A stretch of DNA of 64,000 bases from positions 1,472,001 to 1,536,000 of the forward strand of contig OZ219787.1 of NCBI GenBank assembly GCA_964291285.2, given 5' to 3'. Under the pieces are notes generated by a model, which was given only the letters and a program-made list of their open reading frames with translations, had not been told where the DNA came from and ran no database searches. Positions 9,966-19,936 of this stretch are shown here, piece after piece (position 1 is the stretch's first letter; each line of letters starts with the position of its first letter). Made by a program: the position numbers and the translations under genes. The stretch is from Alphaproteobacteria bacterium (GTDB taxonomy: Bacteria > Pseudomonadota > Alphaproteobacteria > Bin95).

Positions 9966-10274
9966 TCACCTCTGGATTAAATTCAGGGATAAGCAGGTAG
10001 TTTTAAGAAAATTCCGCATGTCATTTTTTCTCGTGGAAGATGCATAAAATCCGTCCATCACGGGATACATTTTGACATTCCCATTTGGCGCCTGCAGCGC
10101 TGCGGTGTGCAATTTAAATATGAAGTTGGCGCTTTTTGCGAGCGAACGGGACATGGACACTTGTATACCCATGACGTCAATCCACGCCGCATATTCTGGT
10201 GAAGCAGGTGGAAAATGGTCAGCATTAAATATCAGCGGCATAACGTGTCTTCGATCTTGTGGATTTCGTGCCAA
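9966..10274 (-). CDS. Short hypothetical protein, possibly a truncated nucleotidyl-cyclase-like gene
   Basis: AT-rich ORF with YAAWIDVMG and a second acidic motif VMDGFY; probably a fragment. Confidence 0.35.
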   Translation of the reverse strand: MARNPQDRRHVMPLIFNADHFPPASPEYAAWIDVMGIQVSMSRSLAKSANFIFKLHTAALQAPNGNVKMYPVMDGFYASSTRKNDMRNFLKTTCLSLNLIQR

Positions 10275-10291
10275 GACTCTTCGTTCCTTAA

Positions 10292-11101
10292 TCAGAGTGG
10301 GTTGTCGGGCTTGGCATCATCCCTGTTGCTGAGATATCTGCCTACACCATCCAGGATCTGATCAACGATAGCAAGACAGTGCTGAATGAAATCCGAGCTC
10401 ATGTAGAAAATCCATGGTTTGCCACCAGTGCTAGACTGAGTGAACCAATTCAAGGGCCAATGGTTATGAAGTATTGACCTCGCAAATTTCTCTCGCTCAT
10501 CTATTGGCCATTCGAACCCATTATGAAACATCCTATTACGGTATTCGAATAACGCCGACAGGGTCTTAAAGAGGTTATCTGGCAGATACGCCATGAGTCC
10601 AGTACATTCCGAGAGCTGCCGTATTCCCCTGACGAGGTGCTTTTGCCGTTTGCTCCCTTCGAACACATAGTGCGGGTCCCAGAATGCATCATGGAGAGTG
10701 GAAACATGCCTTTCTGTTGCACAATTTACAGGCAGTGGGCTTGCGCGGACCTCCTTGAAAACTGCAACAAACAACGACTCGACAAACGGGGCTAGCATGC
10801 CAATGGCTGACATACTATGTGCGGCATCTTGAAATACGGAGCCGTGTAGGTGGTCGATCCTCGAGTCCTGCAGGTAATCGGCGTAGGCTCCGCTGTGCTT
10901 GCGGATTTCAGCCTCCAACGCCTTGATTTCCGCTTCCAGGTTCTTGTCGCTCTCACTATTGCGCTTCAAGAGGCTTTTGATCGCCAATAGCTGGGCTTCC
11001 AAGTCGTACTCCTCGATCAGAAACAGCGCTCGATCGCGATTGGTGATTTCGAATGGGTCCGCCTCAGCTGTCTCCAAGTCAGGTAAGATCTCATTGCTCA
11101 A
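10292..11101 (-). CDS. Hypothetical protein with HEPN-like RxxxxH motif
   Basis: 269 aa helical ORF containing LFEYRNRMFHNG; more AT-rich than its flanks. Confidence 0.65.
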   Translation of the reverse strand: MSNEILPDLETAEADPFEITNRDRALFLIEEYDLEAQLLAIKSLLKRNSESDKNLEAEIKALEAEIRKHSGAYADYLQDSRIDHLHGSVFQDAAHSMSAIGMLAPFVESLFVAVFKEVRASPLPVNCATERHVSTLHDAFWDPHYVFEGSKRQKHLVRGIRQLSECTGLMAYLPDNLFKTLSALFEYRNRMFHNGFEWPIDEREKFARSILHNHWPLNWFTQSSTGGKPWIFYMSSDFIQHCLAIVDQILDGVGRYLSNRDDAKPDNPL

Positions 11102-11117
11102 TCGACCATCCTCTAGG

Positions 11118-11918
11118 TTATACGTTCACGTATTCTATGCCGGGCAATCCTCGGGAAACAGGTACATTAGGCTCGTTATGTGGAAAAACACGCAGTCTCG
11201 GAGTTTGATGGTCAACGCCGTGCCAGGGATCCATGACCCGTGCCAATCCGGATATCGAGCGGTTTACCGCGCCCCACGCTTTTCTTTCCCCCGTCCCCGC
11301 TCCGACGAGGTCATAGCCCACTTGGTCGGCTGTGACCCGGATGCGGTGCTCCCCGCCCCTCATCGCCCAAGAGATTTCGAAGTCTAGGAACTGATCGAGC
11401 ACCGGCGTCCAATATCCCACGACGAGCAATGTGGGAAAGCCCTTTTTGGACGCAGGCCGCAGCTGTTTGGCGGCGCGGTTAATTTTGTTTCGGACGCGTT
11501 TGGCCTCTTGCTTCAGACTCGTCGTCTCCGCTTCTCGACACATTGAGAGGGATATCTCGCCATCGTCTGACCGGAAGCTGCAAAAGGGAACGACAATCTC
11601 CTTGATTTCAGCAATCACTTTCGGCGCATCAGGCCTGTCCCAGGTCAACAATACGTCGGGCATCCTGCGGCCACGCTCGTTCTCATAGTCCATGCTCTCG
11701 ACTTGGACGTCCCAAGTCTCGGCCCAGATTCTAAGGTCGCGTTCCACCTTTCCCTTGTACTGTCCATGCGAGTGCATCACGCGCGTCATTCCCACATGGT
11801 CCGACATCGCTCCGCATGTGCAGCTGCCCCCCGTCCCATATGCCTTGCGTTCTCCTCCCATCCGCTTTCCTTGGCTTCGACTATCCACCATCCACGCCCC
11901 CATCTCTTTAGGTAGCAC
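11118..11918 (-). CDS. PD-(D/E)xK nuclease-fold protein (start uncertain)
   Basis: RMPDVLL...VIAEIKE followed by INRAAKQL. Confidence 0.6.
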   Translation of the reverse strand: MLPKEMGAWMVDSRSQGKRMGGERKAYGTGGSCTCGAMSDHVGMTRVMHSHGQYKGKVERDLRIWAETWDVQVESMDYENERGRRMPDVLLTWDRPDAPKVIAEIKEIVVPFCSFRSDDGEISLSMCREAETTSLKQEAKRVRNKINRAAKQLRPASKKGFPTLLVVGYWTPVLDQFLDFEISWAMRGGEHRIRVTADQVGYDLVGAGTGERKAWGAVNRSISGLARVMDPWHGVDHQTPRLRVFPHNEPNVPVSRGLPGIEYVNV

Positions 11919-12266
11919 ACTGCCGCCTACCGCGAACCAATCTCGTACGCCTCCATGAGGTCGATGTTCGTCCTATACGCCCATCTACCTGCCTTTCACC
12001 GAGCAAACAACCGACCGCGGGGATATCTGATCACGCCACAACGCGCCGTAACCGCGAGGTGCCATGCCGCCGGACCCGGATGTTAACGGCCGGCCCGGGC
12101 CTGGTGATCACCGCCCTACAGCGCCAAGCCGGCCCAATGGTCCATCGATCCCACGGCTGACGGAACGGATACCCCGCGCGTAACCGTTCGACGCTCGGGG
12201 GATCAGTGTGGCAACAGGCCAAGCCGAACGTTCGGAAGCTGGCGGTTTACCTCGGGACTGCATCAC

Positions 12267-13589
12267 TCCTCTGTGACGAGGGTTTTGTTTGCGGCCTCGA
12301 CGACACCGGAGCCGATGGCGATGCTCCGGTCGCTGAGGTGGCGGTATCGCATGCGCTTGCGGTGCTTGCGGAAGAAGGCGAGTTCGCGCTCGATGGTGGG
12401 GCGCGCGGTGCGGTTGCTGCCTGCCTTGTCGCGCAGGTAGCGCAGCGCCCTTATGACCCTGGCGCTGCCGTGCGGGTCGTGTCGCAGGGTATGGCGGCAA
12501 GTCTCGAACCAGTTGGGATCGACGGCATGGTCGGAGGCTGTGCGGAGATGCTCGCAGGCGTGCCAGAAGTCGACGGCTTGCGCTTCGGGCGAGAGGCTCT
12601 CCGGGAAGGTCCAGTTGTCGGGGGCGCCCCCCGCCTTCGCAGGGGCAGGCTCTGGCGAGCGCAACGACCGCGATATCGGGGCACGCGCGGCGGATATGCG
12701 CGACCTCGCTTGCGAGCTGGGCCTTCAGCGTGCGCTTGCCGCTCTCGGGCATACGGGCGAGATAGAGGGTCTTGAGCCGTTCGCCTTCCCGGTCGTGCAA
12801 GGAGACCGTGCCGCAGGCGGCCTCGCGCCAGCAGGCCTCGTCGCGCCCGTCCTCGCCGGCGCGCAGCGCCACCATCACGCCGTCCAGCGAGACCGAGGCG
12901 CTGACCGCCCCGGACGGGATGTCCTCCCTGTCGCGGATACTCTCCAGCGCCTGCGGTCCGAGGCCTTCCCAGCGCTCATGCATGGTCCGGACGAGCCGTT
13001 GCAGCGTGCTCGCGGACGGCCTCATGGCGCCCATCTCCGAGAAGAACCCCTCCGCTTCCCGCGCCGTGCCGTGACCCATCATCATCAGCCCGGTCCGGGC
13101 GGCCGGGCGCGTCAGGTAGTCGTTCACCAGCCCCAGGCTCTCGTCCACCGGCACGAGCGAGGGGCCGCCCACGCCGTGGCGATAGCGCGCCCGCCTGTAG
13201 GTCACCGGGCCGAGCGTGCTCATGATCGTCTTCGGCGTCGCCGCCACACGGAACCGCCGCTGCCCGGCCCGCTCGACCCGCTCAGCCCCGTCGTCGAGGC
13301 GCTCGATCCACGACCCCAGAACCTCGCAGCCTAGCGCGTTCACGCTCTCCCGAACACGAAGCTCCGCTTCCTCGAATGCAACCGCGCATGGCGCGGAAGC
13401 AGGCGGCTCACGACAAACCGCAACCAGCCCCGACAGCGCCTCCAGTATCCGAGCCGGCAAGCCGGCAAGATCGATGGACGAGCAGGATGCAGACTGCTTC
13501 GAAACGGCCATGGGGCCGCTCTTTTGGTTGCGATTGCTTCAGAACGACATCCTACCCGCCTCCGGCGGGTGGAGCGGTCCCGCACAACG
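12267..13589 (-). pseudogene. ISKra4-like transposase copy, truncated at both ends and frameshifted
   Basis: Homologous to 46315-47992 (SVSLDGVMV, WREA, DFWHACEHL, IGSGVVEAANK). Frameshift at the 25 bp insert 12629-12653; no IRs. Confidence 0.85.
12629..12653 (-). repeat. Short palindromic insertion element (AGAGCCTGCCCCTGCGAAGGCGGGG)
   Basis: Sits where the Asp codon of the expected A-D-G-A motif should be; identical to 46900-46924. Confidence 0.8.
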
Positions 13590-13940
13590 CCCGAGCGCCC
13601 ACAGAAGCGACCGCTCGCGCGGGATCGGCGGGCCGGTCACGATGCCGGAGCAGACCGCCAGGGCGTCCGCCACGGGCGGCATGGAGGTTGTCGCGGCGGC
13701 CGCCGGCGGGCAGGCCACCTCCGCAAGTGACCGGCGTTCCCCTGGCCGCCGATACAGGCCCCGGTGAGTTGGGTGGCCTGAACGGCCGCCGACCGCACAT
13801 TCCCGTCCTGCGCCGGCCCCCCGCCTGCGCGCCGGCACAAGCTCCCCCGGCGCGATGAGGAAAGGGCCGCGGGGGTCCGGTGAACGGCCGGGCGCCCGGA
13901 GGGAGCCCGCGCCGCATTTCCGCCATTCCGGAGGCTGCCG

Positions 13941-14960
13941 ATGACCGACACCGTTTCCGCCGACTACACGCTGCGCCCGAGCGAACTCGCGCCGACCCTG
14001 GCGCTGCTGGTCGAGGCGCGCCAGCCCTGCATCCTTTGGGGCGCGCCGGGCTGCGCCAAGAGCGCGCTCGCGCAGCAGGCCGCCGCCGAGGGTTCGCGCC
14101 GCTATGTCGACGTGCGCGCGCTGCTGCTCGATCCGGTGGACCTGCGCGGCATCCCGTGGCGCGACGCCGACGGGCGCACCCGCTGGGCGCCGCCGGCCTT
14201 CCTGCCGCCCGCCGGCGACCCCGGCCGCTGGCTCATCAACCTGGAGGAACTGCCCTCCGCCGTGCCGATGGTGCAGGCGGCGCTCTACCAGCTGGTGCTC
14301 GACCGCAAGGTGGGCGAATACGAGCTGCCCGGGGGCGCCTCGCTGATCGCCTGCGGCAACCGCGAGAGCGACCGCGGCGTGGTCCACCGCATGCCGACGC
14401 CGCTGGCGTCGCGCTTCGTCCATCTGGAGGTCCGGGTGGACGCGGAAGACTGGCTTGCCTGGGGGGCCGCTAACGGCATCGCGCCCGAGGTGCTGTTCTA
14501 CATCCGGATGCGCCCCGACCTGCTGCACTGCTTCGATCCGCAGGCGAAGGAGAAGGCGTTCTGCTGCCCCCGGACCTGGGAGATGGTCTCCGGCATCGTC
14601 AACCGGCGCGCCGGTCCCGACCCCTCTGTCGAGCGGGCGCTGTTCCGGGGCACGGTGGGCGAGGCGGCGGCGGTCGAGTTCTCGGCCTTCCTGAAGGTGT
14701 GGCGCGAACTGCCCCATCCCCGGGCCGTGCTCGACGATCCCGGGAACGCGGTCGTGCCGGACAATGCCAGCGCCCTGATCGCGCTCTGCGGCGCGCTCTA
14801 CCGCATGGCCGACGACATCACGCTCGACGCCATCGTCACCTATGCCGGGCGCCTGCGCCGCGAGGTCGGCGAGTTCCTGGTCGGGTCCTGCATCCGGCGC
14901 GACCCCGCCCTCCAGCACTCGCCCGCCTTCATCCGCTGGGCCGCCGCACGCACGCAATGA
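13941..14960 (+). CDS. MoxR-like AAA+ ATPase
   Basis: Walker A GAPGCAKS, Walker B LINLEEL, ACGNR, PLASRF and CPRTWE. Confidence 0.88.
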   Translation: MTDTVSADYTLRPSELAPTLALLVEARQPCILWGAPGCAKSALAQQAAAEGSRRYVDVRALLLDPVDLRGIPWRDADGRTRWAPPAFLPPAGDPGRWLINLEELPSAVPMVQAALYQLVLDRKVGEYELPGGASLIACGNRESDRGVVHRMPTPLASRFVHLEVRVDAEDWLAWGAANGIAPEVLFYIRMRPDLLHCFDPQAKEKAFCCPRTWEMVSGIVNRRAGPDPSVERALFRGTVGEAAAVEFSAFLKVWRELPHPRAVLDDPGNAVVPDNASALIALCGALYRMADDITLDAIVTYAGRLRREVGEFLVGSCIRRDPALQHSPAFIRWAAARTQ

Positions 14961-14982
14961 CCGCCCCTTCAGGAGGACACCG

Positions 14983-15882
14983 ATGAACCTCAGCCACGAC
15001 GCCATGCTGGTCAGCCTGCGCATCGCCGCCTGGTCGGGCCGGCTCCATGACCGCCAGGCCAGCACCCATGTCGCCGTCCACCACGAGGCGAGCGTCAGCG
15101 CCGGGCGCTACAACAAGTGCCTGCTGCCCCGGACCGCCTTCGCCGCCCTCAACGCCACCGTCAGCGCGGCGCGCGCGGCCCATGACGCCCAGACCCTGCC
15201 CTGGGACGACCGGGGGAGCCGGCTGCTCCCCGTCGCCAACCACGAGCGCTACACGGGGCTGATGGACGGCTTGCGCGAGCGCATGGTGCGCGAGCGCGCC
15301 CGCTTCATCGAGGACTATGACGACAATATCGAAAAGGCCCGGCTCGACCTCGGCAAGCTGTTCCGCATCGGGGACTATCCCTCGAAGGAGGCGCTCCGGG
15401 ACAGGTTCGGCCTGCGCTGGCGGATCGTCCCGGTGCCCGACGCCGACCATTTCATGGCGAAGCTCGCCTCCGACGACACCGACCGGGTGAAGCGCGACAT
15501 CGAGAGCCAGGTGGAGGAGCGGCTGCACGATGCGGTGGGCGACCTCTACCGGCGCCTGGGCGAGGCCGTGGAGCGGGTCTCCGAACGCCTGCGGGAGGAC
15601 GGCGAGGGCAAGCCGCTGGTGTTCCGGGACTCGATGATCGGCAACATCCGCGACCTGGTCGACATCGTGCCGCGGCTGAATATCTTCGGCGACGACGAAC
15701 TCGCCCGGCTCTGCGGGCAGGTGAAGGAGAAGATCGCCGGCGTCGAGCCGGACGCGCTCAGGCCGTCGAAGAGTTTCGATCCGGTCGCCCGCGCGCGGGT
15801 GAAGCGCGATGCGGATGCGCTGGCGGAGAGGTTCGCGGGATATTTCGCGGCGGCGGTCTCCCCGGCGCGGGAGGCCGCGTGA
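14983..15882 (+). CDS. Hypothetical helical protein (DUF3150-like, tentative)
   Basis: AGGAGG RBS, 299 aa, coupled between the AAA and vWA genes. Confidence 0.7.
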   Translation: MNLSHDAMLVSLRIAAWSGRLHDRQASTHVAVHHEASVSAGRYNKCLLPRTAFAALNATVSAARAAHDAQTLPWDDRGSRLLPVANHERYTGLMDGLRERMVRERARFIEDYDDNIEKARLDLGKLFRIGDYPSKEALRDRFGLRWRIVPVPDADHFMAKLASDDTDRVKRDIESQVEERLHDAVGDLYRRLGEAVERVSERLREDGEGKPLVFRDSMIGNIRDLVDIVPRLNIFGDDELARLCGQVKEKIAGVEPDALRPSKSFDPVARARVKRDADALAERFAGYFAAAVSPAREAA

Positions 15883-17192
15883 TGGCCGCCCGCCCTTGCC
15901 CGGAGTCGGCGCAGCGGGTGAGCCGCTGCGTGACGGCGCTGCTGCGGGAGCAGCCCTTCTTCGGCAGCTTGGCGCTCCGCCTGCCGGTCCGCGCCGACGC
16001 CGGCAGGAAGACGCTGGCGAGCGACGGGCGGGAGATCCGCTATTCGCCGCAATGGGTCGCGGAGACCGGGGCGCACCTTATCGGGACCGCGATCGCCCGG
16101 GTGGTGCTGGCCTGCGCGCTGAAGCACCACACGCGCCGGGGCGAACGCGATCCGGAACGCTGGCAGCTGGCCTCGCAGCTCGTCACCCACGGCCTGCTGC
16201 GCGATGCCGGCTTCACCCTGCCGCCCGGCGCGGAAGCCAGGGACGGGATCAGCGTCGAGGAAGCCTACGAGCAATTGCCGAAGCCGGACGAAGGTGGATC
16301 CGGCGGCGGCAATCCGCCGGACGCCGGAGGAGGTTCGGGCACCGATGGAGCCGAATCTCCAACGGCCGACGGGGGCGATGACGATGAGCAATCCGGTAAC
16401 GGCGATGCCGGGAGAGACGACGGCTCGGCGGAGGCGCCGAGCAATGGCAACGGCGGCGACGCAAGCTGCGATCCGTCGGGCACCGGCGAGGTCATGGACG
16501 CGCCGGCGGGCGGCGCCGGGGACGGCGCGCCTTCGCCTGGCGACATGACGCGGGAGGAACAGGCCTGGGACGAGGCCATGCACCAGGCGCTCGGTCTCGC
16601 CAGGGCCGAAGGCCGGTTGCCCGGCGCGGTCGAGGAAACCGTCCGCGGCGCCCATGCGGGCGCGCTCGACTGGCGCTCGCTGCTGCGCCGCCACATGACC
16701 GACGCGGCGAAGAGCGACTATTCCTGGAGCCTGCCCAACCGGCGCTTCATCGACTCCGGCCTCTATCTCCCCTCGATCCGTTCGGAGGGCATGGATACCA
16801 TCGCCGTCATCGTCGACACCTCGGGCTCGCTGCCGGCGGAGACGCTGGCCGCGTTCTGGGCCGAACTGCGCGAGGTCGCGACGGAGGTCCGGCCCGAACG
16901 CGTCGTCGTGCTCCAGGTCGATGCGGCAGTGCAGGACGCGGCGGAATACGCGCCGGACGGGCTTCCCGGCGAGATCGCCGTCAGGGGCCGGGGCGGCACG
17001 GACTTCCGCCCGGGCTTCGCATGGCTCGACGAGCAGGGGATACAGCCGGGCGTGTGCCTCTACTTCACCGACATGGAATGCTCCCGCTATCCGGAGACGG
17101 AACCATCGTTCCCGGTGCTGTGGTGCGACCACGGGGACAGCCCGTGGCGGCAACCCGCGCCCTGGGGCGAGCGCATCGACATCGCCGCCTGA
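15879..17192 (+). CDS. DUF2201-type protein: degenerate metallopeptidase-like N-domain, acidic/Gly linker, vWA domain
   Basis: QPFFGSLAL...DGR..RY N-terminus, MIDAS VDTSGS, GRGGTDFRP and YFTD. Confidence 0.85.
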   Translation: MMAARPCPESAQRVSRCVTALLREQPFFGSLALRLPVRADAGRKTLASDGREIRYSPQWVAETGAHLIGTAIARVVLACALKHHTRRGERDPERWQLASQLVTHGLLRDAGFTLPPGAEARDGISVEEAYEQLPKPDEGGSGGGNPPDAGGGSGTDGAESPTADGGDDDEQSGNGDAGRDDGSAEAPSNGNGGDASCDPSGTGEVMDAPAGGAGDGAPSPGDMTREEQAWDEAMHQALGLARAEGRLPGAVEETVRGAHAGALDWRSLLRRHMTDAAKSDYSWSLPNRRFIDSGLYLPSIRSEGMDTIAVIVDTSGSLPAETLAAFWAELREVATEVRPERVVVLQVDAAVQDAAEYAPDGLPGEIAVRGRGGTDFRPGFAWLDEQGIQPGVCLYFTDMECSRYPETEPSFPVLWCDHGDSPWRQPAPWGERIDIAA

Positions 17193-17440
17193 CCTCCGAC
17201 GGCGGCGCGCCGCTTCCCGACCCTCCACGGCGCCTTCGTCTGGCTGCGTGCAGGACCTGGACCCCGCGCCGTCTTCCGCCTTTCCCGATACCGCCGCACC
17301 GCGCCGTCGGCCGTATCCGGCGCCGGCGCCCGCCGGACCGCACCGCCCGGAGCCGGAGCGGGGCGGCGGTCCGGGCAGGCGCGGGGCAGCCGGAGTGGGC
17401 CGCCCGCGCCGACCGTCCGCAACCCTCCATGGAGACTGGC

Positions 17441-19828
17441 ATGAACTTCATCGCCCCCGGGGCCGCGCCGCTGATCCGGGACATCCCGCTCGCCCGGCTC
17501 GGCCTCGCCCCCGAGAACGTCCGCAAGACCCCGCCCGATGCCCGGGCCGACGCCGAGCTCAAGGCCTCCATCGCCGCCCTCGGCCTGCTGGAAAACCTCG
17601 TCGTCCGGCCGGAGGAGCCCGGTTCGGACGGCATCGGGCGCTATGCCGTGGTCGCTGGCGGGCGCCGCCTCAAGGCCATGCAGGCGCTCGTCGGGGACGG
17701 CGTCCTCGACGCCGACCACCCGGTGCCCTGCCTGGTCAGGACCGGCGACGCCGAGCCGGCCGAACTCTCGCTCGCCGAGAACGTGGTCCGCATCGCCATG
17801 CACCCGGCCGACCAGGTGGTCGCGTTCACGAAGCTGGCCGACGCCGGCCAGCCGGTTGCCGCCATCGCGGCGCGGTTCGGCGCCTCGGAGCGCACCGTCG
17901 AGCAGCGCCTGCGCCTCGGCAACGCCGCGCCCGAGCTTCTGGACGCCTACCGGGCCGGCGGGATCGACCTCGAAGTGCTCAAGGCGTTCGCCGTCACCGC
18001 CGACCGCGCGCGCCAGATGACGGTATGGGAACAACTCTCCGGACAGGCCGGCCGCCCGTCGGCCTGGCAGGTGAAGCGCCTGCTGACCGAAGAGCGCGTG
18101 CCGGGCGCCTCGGCCGTCGCCCGCTTCGTCGGGGTCGAGGCCTACGAGGCCGCGGGCGGCCAGGTCATGCGCGACCTGTTCGCCGACGAATACGAGCACG
18201 GCATCTGGTTCGAGGACCCGGTGCTGCTGGAGAAGCTGGCGGCGGAGAAGCTCCGGACCGCCGCCGACGAGCTGGCGACCCGCTGGAAGTGGGCCGCGGC
18301 CATGGTCGAGGTCGACTGGAGCGACACCGCCCGTTACGGGCGCATCGAGCCCCGGCCCGGCGCGCCGACCGACGCGGAGCGTGCCGGGATCGACAAGCTG
18401 ACGACCCGCCACGACGAACTCGTCAATCTCGATGACGACGAGTGGACCGAGGAACTGGCCGCCGAAGCGGAGGCCGTCGAGGCCCGGCTCGACGGGATCG
18501 AGGCCGCCGTCGAGGCGCGCGCGGTGTTCCGGCGCGAGGACTTCGCGATCGCCGGCTGCATCGTCACCGTCGGCCATGACGGCGCGATGCAGGTCATCCA
18601 GGGCCTGGTGAAGCCCGAGGACATGCCGGCGGAAACCGGCGCCGCCGGCAACGGCCACGACGCGCACGCCGCCGCGCAAGATGCCCACACCGCCGGTCAT
18701 GGCGTTCACACCGCCGGCCCGTGCGTTTCGGGGCCGGCGGCGCCGCCGAAGGACCCCGAATCCGAGGCGCGCAGGGAGGCGGGCGTCGGCGTCGGGCTTG
18801 CCGACGACCTGCGCGCGATCCGCACCGCGCTGGTCAAGGCCCATCTCGCCGGGGACTTCGAGGCCGCCTTCGACCTCGCGCTGTTCCGGATGGGCCGCGC
18901 CGTGTTCGCGCCGGGCCGTCACGGCCACGCCCTCGACATCGCGGTCAAGGAAACCCCCGACAGGCCCATGACCCGCATGAACGATGCCGGTTTCGCGGCC
19001 TGGTCGCCGGGCGAGGCCATGCTGGAGGACCGCTCGCACCTGTCGCTCGACTGGCTGGCGATCGAGGACGACGGCGGATCCTTCGCGGCGCTCCGGGCGC
19101 TGTCCGAGGCGGAGAAGCAGGCGCTGTTCGCGGCCTGCGTTGCGCGCACGGTGAAGGGCCAGCTCGCCTTCGAGCCGCAGGCGCGGCCCGAACTCGAAGC
19201 CACGGTGGCCCGGCTCGGCATCGACTTCGCGCAGCATGTCCGCCCGACGGCGGCGATGCTGTGGTCGCGGATTCCCAAGGCGCGGGTCCTCGACATCGCC
19301 CGCACGGTGTTCGGCATCAACTGGGCCTCGGCGCGGTCGAAATACAGGAAGCCGGCGCTCGCCGAGGCGATGGAGGCCGCCTTCGCCGCCGGCGACCCGC
19401 CGGTCGGGGTGAGCGCCGCCATGCACGCCGCCGCGCTCGCCTGGACGCCGCCCGGCTTCACCGCGTTCGACACCGGGCGCACGGTCGGCGATGCCGGGGA
19501 GGAGGCGACGGACGCCGCGGGGACCGCCGCAACCCCGGAAGGTGCCGAAGCGACCTCCGGAACCGGTCCGGCGGCGCCGGCCGGCAACGGTCATGCGACC
19601 GAGGCCGCTGCCGCACCGCAACCCCCGGAAGGCGCAGCGGCGGAGGCCGGCAACGGCGCCGCCGACGCGGTCGATACCGCTCCTGAGACCGATCCGGGCG
19701 ATGCCGGGGAGGCCGGTCCCGGCACGGTCGCCGCGAACGGGCCGGACGGTATCGGGGCGACCGGCCCGGTCAACGGGCATGCCGCCCACCCGACGGAGAT
19801 CCCCGAGTTCCTCCGCCAGGTCCGGTAG
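17441..19828 (+). CDS. ParB/RepB/Spo0J family protein (long ICE/plasmid type)
   Basis: ENVRKT, LKASI...GLLENLVV, VVAGGRR, SLAENVVR, HTH and GG..RDLF. Confidence 0.9.
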   Translation: MNFIAPGAAPLIRDIPLARLGLAPENVRKTPPDARADAELKASIAALGLLENLVVRPEEPGSDGIGRYAVVAGGRRLKAMQALVGDGVLDADHPVPCLVRTGDAEPAELSLAENVVRIAMHPADQVVAFTKLADAGQPVAAIAARFGASERTVEQRLRLGNAAPELLDAYRAGGIDLEVLKAFAVTADRARQMTVWEQLSGQAGRPSAWQVKRLLTEERVPGASAVARFVGVEAYEAAGGQVMRDLFADEYEHGIWFEDPVLLEKLAAEKLRTAADELATRWKWAAAMVEVDWSDTARYGRIEPRPGAPTDAERAGIDKLTTRHDELVNLDDDEWTEELAAEAEAVEARLDGIEAAVEARAVFRREDFAIAGCIVTVGHDGAMQVIQGLVKPEDMPAETGAAGNGHDAHAAAQDAHTAGHGVHTAGPCVSGPAAPPKDPESEARREAGVGVGLADDLRAIRTALVKAHLAGDFEAAFDLALFRMGRAVFAPGRHGHALDIAVKETPDRPMTRMNDAGFAAWSPGEAMLEDRSHLSLDWLAIEDDGGSFAALRALSEAEKQALFAACVARTVKGQLAFEPQARPELEATVARLGIDFAQHVRPTAAMLWSRIPKARVLDIARTVFGINWASARSKYRKPALAEAMEAAFAAGDPPVGVSAAMHAAALAWTPPGFTAFDTGRTVGDAGEEATDAAGTAATPEGAEATSGTGPAAPAGNGHATEAAAAPQPPEGAAAEAGNGAADAVDTAPETDPGDAGEAGPGTVAANGPDGIGATGPVNGHAAHPTEIPEFLRQVR

Positions 19829-19848
19829 GCGACCGCAGACCCCGCAAG

Positions 19849-19905
19849 ACGCCCCGCCGGCGCATTGCTCCGGGCTTCAGGCCCCGGGCAGCGCCGGCGG
19901 GGCGT
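19849..19905 (+). other. Long intergenic stem-loop
   Basis: Perfect 15 bp inverted repeat ACGCCCCGCCGGCGC / GCGCCGGCGGGGCGT with an imperfect inner stem, between parB and the next gene. Confidence 0.7.
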
Positions 19906-19936
19906 TTCCGTTTCCGCAATCCATGGAGGTCCGTCC

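Noticed and set aside
18655-18720. Degenerate 21 bp triplication in parB (DAHAAAQ/DAHTAGH/GVHTAGP)
   Set aside because: Ordinary low-complexity linker expansion without the GCCTGCCCC leader.
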